From: a virus
Taxonomy: Duplodnaviria; Caudoviricetes
Reading direction: 5' to 3' (one strand)
Length of the DNA: 25,662 nucleotides
IMG/VR virus record: IMGVR_UViG_3300044850_000042
Span: 1-25,662 of that record
Every line of letters starts with the position of its first letter. Within the stretch, counting starts at the first letter, position 1. The notes below the pieces were generated by a model. It saw nothing but the letters and a program-made list of their open reading frames with translations. It was not told the DNA's origin and did no database searches. The translations under genes were made by a program, and so were the position numbers. Of the stretch, positions 21,929 through 25,662 are shown in pieces.

Positions 21929-24429
21929 TAGGAAAAAAATAAATCTAAGTTAACAGTTTTTTCTACATTCCACCCAATTGAATCCAAAACAGATTTAAGA
22001 GGGTCAATAAAACTCTTTTCAAATTGTAGATCATAGTCAATGTATTTGTCAAGACCAAGTTCTCTAGGAAACTCTTGAATAAATGCAATTACATTTTCAC
22101 GAATGATATTTGGAGTTTTGAGATAGACATATTTAATTTTTTCACCATTACCAATCAAAGAATATTTGTTTGTAAGTTTCTTCTCTTTAATGTAATGATT
22201 GAATAGAAGTGCTCCACGAATATGAAATGGAGTTTTAAATCCGTAAATGCTGGAAGATGATTGATACTTACGAACATCAGAAGCAGATTTAGGAAAAGCA
22301 ATCTGTTCTGGAGGAAGTTTTCTGAACTCTTCACGACACTTATCAATATAATCAATTACATCTTCCTCAGTTCCACTCATCAGAATCTTAAAACAATCCT
22401 TCAGCATCTTACGGCACGGTGCTGGGGTAGAAGACTTGATTGCCTCAATACCCTTAATCTTCAGTTTAGGTTCCTCATAACGAACACCCTCACTATCCCA
22501 TACACTTAGAATGTATCGTTTCTTCGCAGTCCAAATACCACGTTCAGCAATACATTCACGCTTCATAAACATCTTCTGGTCATATGCGTTCACATAGTCA
22601 GCCAGTTTTTGGTAAGAACTTTCAATATACTTTTCAAATTCCACCTGACAGACCTTATCAAGGAACGAAACAATACTTTGAGTAGTTTTCTCTCGTCCCT
22701 TGAATACAGTTTCAACCAAAGGACCCATATTAACGTAAAGAGAATCAGTATCAGAAGCAATAACATAATCTACATCTCCACTTTTAAGAACTTTATTCAA
22801 ATACCGATTCACGGCATTCATAATCCACTGAATTGATACCTGCCCCGAAAGAGTAATTGCTTCGGCGTTTGCTAGTTTGAAATAACGGAAATACTGATTA
22901 CCGATAGCACCATAAGCAGAATTAAGTTGAATTTTCCGCGCCATCTGGATGTTATTACACCTGGCAATCTCTTTAACAAGTTGTTTGTTTTTCGTTTTTT
23001 CATATTCCTGCTCCGCAGCAAGCATTTTCTTCTTAAAGATCACACGTTCATTATAGATCTTTTCCATCAGTTCAGGAAGGAATCCACGCACATCCTTACG
23101 ATACATCGCACCGTTAGCACATACAGCATAGTCCTTATAGAGTTCAAAACTGAGTTGCTCGTTCAGGATCTTATCAACATTTACGGACGGATGCCTCTCT
23201 TCCAGAAGAGTTTCTGGCGAGATGTTGTATTGCATAATGAGGTGAGGGTATAGGGAGTTGAGGTCAAAAGACACAACCCAGTCATACTTTCCTGGAATAG
23301 GTTCTTTAACATACGCACCAGCATACTTGGAATCCTTATCAGAACGTTCTTTAGGAGGAATAACAATATTCCTCTTCTTTAGATAGTTATAAATGATTGT
23401 ATCCCACATTCTCACCTGAGAGAATACATCAGCATAGTTCGCTTTGGCGTCATATGCCATCGTGATTGCGAGTTCAATCAGTTTCATCTTGTCTTCCAAA
23501 CGGTCCACAAGTTCCACGTCAACGATGTTGTATTCTACAAACTTCTGCCAACCCTTTGTATAGAAGTCCTTGAAGGTATCAAACTCAGAGTGATCCAGTT
23601 TTTTCTGTCCCAGTTCAACCTCAGCAATGTAATCCAGACGATAAGACTCCTGTGCCTTATAGGTGAATTTCTTATAGAGGTTCAGGTAATCAAGTTGAGT
23701 AATACCACCCACATCATAAGAAATGTGCTTACGACCAGAAATATAAATCTCATCCTCAGTCACCAATCCCCAAGGGGACATACGCTTCATCAGTTTCTCA
23801 CCAAGAACACGATCCAGGCGGCGAACAAGATACGGAATATCATATAGTTCAACGTTCCATCCAGTCACAACCTCAGGAGCATTCTCCTCAACCATCCACC
23901 AATTAATAAAATCCATCAACAGATCACGTTCATTTGTGAAAGAACGATAGATCACATTTTTTTGCTTATTCTGAAAAGGACCCATTCCCCAGGTGCGAAT
24001 TTGCTTGGAAGAATAATCTTGAATGGTAATCAAAAGAACTTCTTCTGCAGCAGACTCTACATCAGGGAACCCATTCTCGGATGCAACCTCAATATCCAGA
24101 GTAGTAACTTTGATTTTACTAATATCAAACTTAACCTCATCCTCAGGATACATTTCAGAAATGTATTGATAGATGTATTGAGTATTTCCAAAGATTTTAA
24201 AGTTGTCTACGCTCTCATACTTCTTGACAAAATCACGACATTCACGAACAGATCCAGGTTGAATTGCCTCAACTGGTTCCCCAGTTAAAGTTTGATATTT
24301 AGTTTTTTTGTTAGAAGGGACAAAAAGAGTCGGGTTGAACTTCTCACGGGTCATGAAATGCCTTCCATTTTCATAACCACGGACTAGAAAGTTGTCCCCG
24401 ACCATTTGAACGTTTGTATAAAATCTCAT
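21928..24429 (-). CDS. gp43: Family B DNA polymerase (T4 gp43)
   Basis: Exo DIEV, SFDLNSLYP, KIQLNSAYG, SDTDS, KKRY. Confidence 0.98.
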   Translation of the reverse strand: MRFYTNVQMVGDNFLVRGYENGRHFMTREKFNPTLFVPSNKKTKYQTLTGEPVEAIQPGSVRECRDFVKKYESVDNFKIFGNTQYIYQYISEMYPEDEVKFDISKIKVTTLDIEVASENGFPDVESAAEEVLLITIQDYSSKQIRTWGMGPFQNKQKNVIYRSFTNERDLLMDFINWWMVEENAPEVVTGWNVELYDIPYLVRRLDRVLGEKLMKRMSPWGLVTEDEIYISGRKHISYDVGGITQLDYLNLYKKFTYKAQESYRLDYIAEVELGQKKLDHSEFDTFKDFYTKGWQKFVEYNIVDVELVDRLEDKMKLIELAITMAYDAKANYADVFSQVRMWDTIIYNYLKKRNIVIPPKERSDKDSKYAGAYVKEPIPGKYDWVVSFDLNSLYPHLIMQYNISPETLLEERHPSVNVDKILNEQLSFELYKDYAVCANGAMYRKDVRGFLPELMEKIYNERVIFKKKMLAAEQEYEKTKNKQLVKEIARCNNIQMARKIQLNSAYGAIGNQYFRYFKLANAEAITLSGQVSIQWIMNAVNRYLNKVLKSGDVDYVIASDTDSLYVNMGPLVETVFKGREKTTQSIVSFLDKVCQVEFEKYIESSYQKLADYVNAYDQKMFMKRECIAERGIWTAKKRYILSVWDSEGVRYEEPKLKIKGIEAIKSSTPAPCRKMLKDCFKILMSGTEEDVIDYIDKCREEFRKLPPEQIAFPKSASDVRKYQSSSSIYGFKTPFHIRGALLFNHYIKEKKLTNKYSLIGNGEKIKYVYLKTPNIIRENVIAFIQEFPRELGLDKYIDYDLQFEKSFIDPLKSVLDSIGWNVEKTVNLDLFFS

Positions 24430-24683
24430 TCTGCAGTTAGTTCAAGATACTTTTCAATGATTTCTTTTTTTGGTTCAACATGAGTTAAAATATTGCTTGA
24501 AAATATTTCGATTTCATTTTGCTCTGTAACATCATCAAGCCATCTAACTAATTCTCCATTCTCATAAAGATATGGATTTATAAGTCTACAATCAGATTCT
24601 CCAGGATCCCCAAAAATTTGCTCTATGGCACATATAATCTTAAGATGATTTTTAAGAATTATACACCTAATAACATCATCCAT
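24426..24683 (-). CDS. Small beta-rich hypothetical protein
   Basis: ATGA overlap with gp43; similar pattern to the upstream 112-aa protein. Confidence 0.8.
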   Translation of the reverse strand: MDDVIRCIILKNHLKIICAIEQIFGDPGESDCRLINPYLYENGELVRWLDDVTEQNEIEIFSSNILTHVEPKKEIIEKYLELTAE

Positions 24684-25014
24684 TTACTTTTTCCTCATAC
24701 ATTGATTTGACAGTATCTACTGGTTCAACTATGGAAACAACAGAATTAGGATAAATTACAATTTCATCATCATTAGAAAGAGGCATCCAAGATCCCATCG
24801 ATATCTTTAGTTCAGATTTAGTTTCCTGAATATTATTTTTGGTCTCTTCTGTTGGTTCTTCTTCGGAAAGAATTATTTGATTTACTTCATTAAATATAGT
24901 TACAACCTGAGGTTTTTTTAACAAATATCCAACACACTTATCTTCATATTTTATTTCCTTTGCATCGCTAATAACTGTTTCTCCAGTTGTAAGCAAAATT
25001 AGTTTTACTGACAT
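24676..25014 (-). CDS. Small beta-rich hypothetical protein (possibly Sm-like fold)
   Basis: VKLILLTTGETVIS...GYLLKKP...SWMPLS...VVSIVEP; SD GAGG upstream. Confidence 0.85.
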   Translation of the reverse strand: MSVKLILLTTGETVISDAKEIKYEDKCVGYLLKKPQVVTIFNEVNQIILSEEEPTEETKNNIQETKSELKISMGSWMPLSNDDEIVIYPNSVVSIVEPVDTVKSMYEEKVNG

Positions 25015-25035
25015 TTTAATTTCCTCTCTGCTAGC

Positions 25036-25064
25036 ATTATAGCAATAAAAAAGAGAGGCGTCAA
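25036..25064 (-). promoter_or_regulatory. sigma70-type early promoter with extended -10, heading the gp43-uvsX-gp41 operon
   Basis: TTGACG (25064-25059), N17, TG-C-TATAAT (25041-25036). Confidence 0.85.
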
Positions 25065-25086
25065 CTGGATTTACCAGTTACCTCTC
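25047..25086 (-). terminator. Intrinsic terminator after hsp20 (long interrupted hairpin)
   Basis: GAGAGG-TAACTGG-TAAAT-CCAGTTG-ACG-CCTCTC-TTTTTT. Confidence 0.8.
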
Positions 25087-25107
25087 AGCGCCGACGATAG
25101 TCGTTTA

Positions 25108-25115
25108 TATTTATA
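25108..25115 (-). promoter_or_regulatory. T4 late promoter TATAAATA overlapping the hsp20 stop codon
   Basis: Exact match. Confidence 0.65.
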
Positions 25116-25545
25116 GATAATCCTTTCTAGTATGATGCTCTGGAACAATTTTACCGAGTTTAATACTTAACAATCCATCCTCAAAGGTGACATCCCGTAC
25201 TTCGGTGTCATCCGATAAGGTCCACGCTCTTTTGAAAGATCGTTGAGCCAATCCCTTATGAACGTATTTGGTCTCAGACTCTCTATCTTCCTTCTGCCCT
25301 TCGACAAAAAGTTTTCCATACTCCGTGTATACATAGACTTCTCCTTTCTTAAATCCAGCAAGAGCAATTTCTAATTGCGACTCTACATTACTAATTTGAA
25401 CTAAGTTGTAGGGTGGATAGTTAGATGTTGTTTCATGAAGATTAAAAAGACGATCAAAGTATTCATCCATTCCGATGCTGTTTCGTGTGATCTTTTCCAT
25501 AAGCGTAGGAAGATCAGACGCAGTGTATCGCATGAGGTTAGTCAT
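25111..25545 (-). CDS. hsp20: Small heat shock protein (IbpA/Hsp20 family), 144 aa, start revised to MTNLMRY
   Basis: NYPPYNL, LEIALAGF, YVHKGLAQRSFKR, FEDGLLSI; SD AAGGAG 8 nt upstream of the ATG at 25545. Confidence 0.95.
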   Translation of the reverse strand: MTNLMRYTASDLPTLMEKITRNSIGMDEYFDRLFNLHETTSNYPPYNLVQISNVESQLEIALAGFKKGEVYVYTEYGKLFVEGQKEDRESETKYVHKGLAQRSFKRAWTLSDDTEVRDVTFEDGLLSIKLGKIVPEHHTRKDYL

Positions 25546-25553
25546 TATGGTAG

Positions 25554-25598
25554 CTCCTTTAAAAGCGAGTTTGTGTTTTGTGGACCCCAAAGGCATCC
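25554..25598 (-). promoter_or_regulatory. ROSE-like RNA thermometer candidate in the hsp20 5' UTR
   Basis: CTCGCTT-TTA-AAGGAG hairpin sequesters the SD with a bulged G (UCGCU motif); upstream hairpin GGATGCC-TTTG-GGGTCC. Confidence 0.6.
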
Positions 25599-25603
25599 TT
25601 ATA

Positions 25604-25611
25604 TAATTATA
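25604..25611 (-). promoter_or_regulatory. hsp20 promoter -10 region (TATAAT, also late-like TATAATTA)
   Basis: TATAAT at 25611-25606, about 7 nt before the first UTR hairpin; no clear -35. Confidence 0.5.
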
Positions 25612-25621
25612 CAACAAGCAC

Positions 25622-25646
25622 AAAAAAAGGGAGTGTTGAACTCCCT
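25622..25646 (-). terminator. Intrinsic terminator of the upstream (off-window) gene
   Basis: AGGGAGT-TCAAC-ACTCCCT-TTTTTT. Confidence 0.8.
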
Positions 25647-25662
25647 ACAAGATCATTCGGTT

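Noticed and set aside
19555-24429. Inteins or a split gene in gp41, uvsX or gp43
   Set aside because: Continuous ORFs of expected size with all motifs in order
25546-25623. 26-aa N-terminal extension of Hsp20 given in the ORF track
   Set aside because: Runs through the promoter and structured UTR; the strong SD points to the ATG at 25545
1-25662. CRISPR array, IS element or integrase
   Set aside because: No regularly spaced direct repeats, terminal inverted repeats or transposase/integrase motifs seen

Overview
AT-rich segment of a T4-like cyanophage genome (Kyanoviridae-like), almost entirely on the minus strand. The right two-thirds is the conserved replication and nucleotide-metabolism core: hsp20, two small paralogues, gp43 polymerase, uvsX, gp41 helicase, mazG, tRNA-Ala(TGC), a late-expressed block (putative nuclease, ligase-like protein, cytidyltransferase, probable virion proteins), gp61 primase, nrdA and nrdB. 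The left 5 kb is a cell-wall/lysis region: GIY-YIG nuclease, C39-like peptidase, GH24 lysozyme, an inverted plus-strand island (basic peptide, small membrane proteins, thermonuclease), a signal-peptide tail-type lysozyme and tRNA-Arg(TCT). The strongest unexpected signal is a complete dnaX/IS3-style programmed -1 frameshift cassette (SD-like GGGGA, A_AAA_AAG, 8-nt spacer, 9-bp hairpin) that would fuse the C39 peptidase to the GH24 lysozyme. Other candidates are a ROSE-like RNA thermometer on hsp20, several structured non-coding RNAs, interlocked promoter/terminator elements, a capsid-targeting-like N-terminus on the cytidyltransferase, and three small ORFs missing from the ORF track. All calls come from reading the sequence; no searches or folding programs were run.
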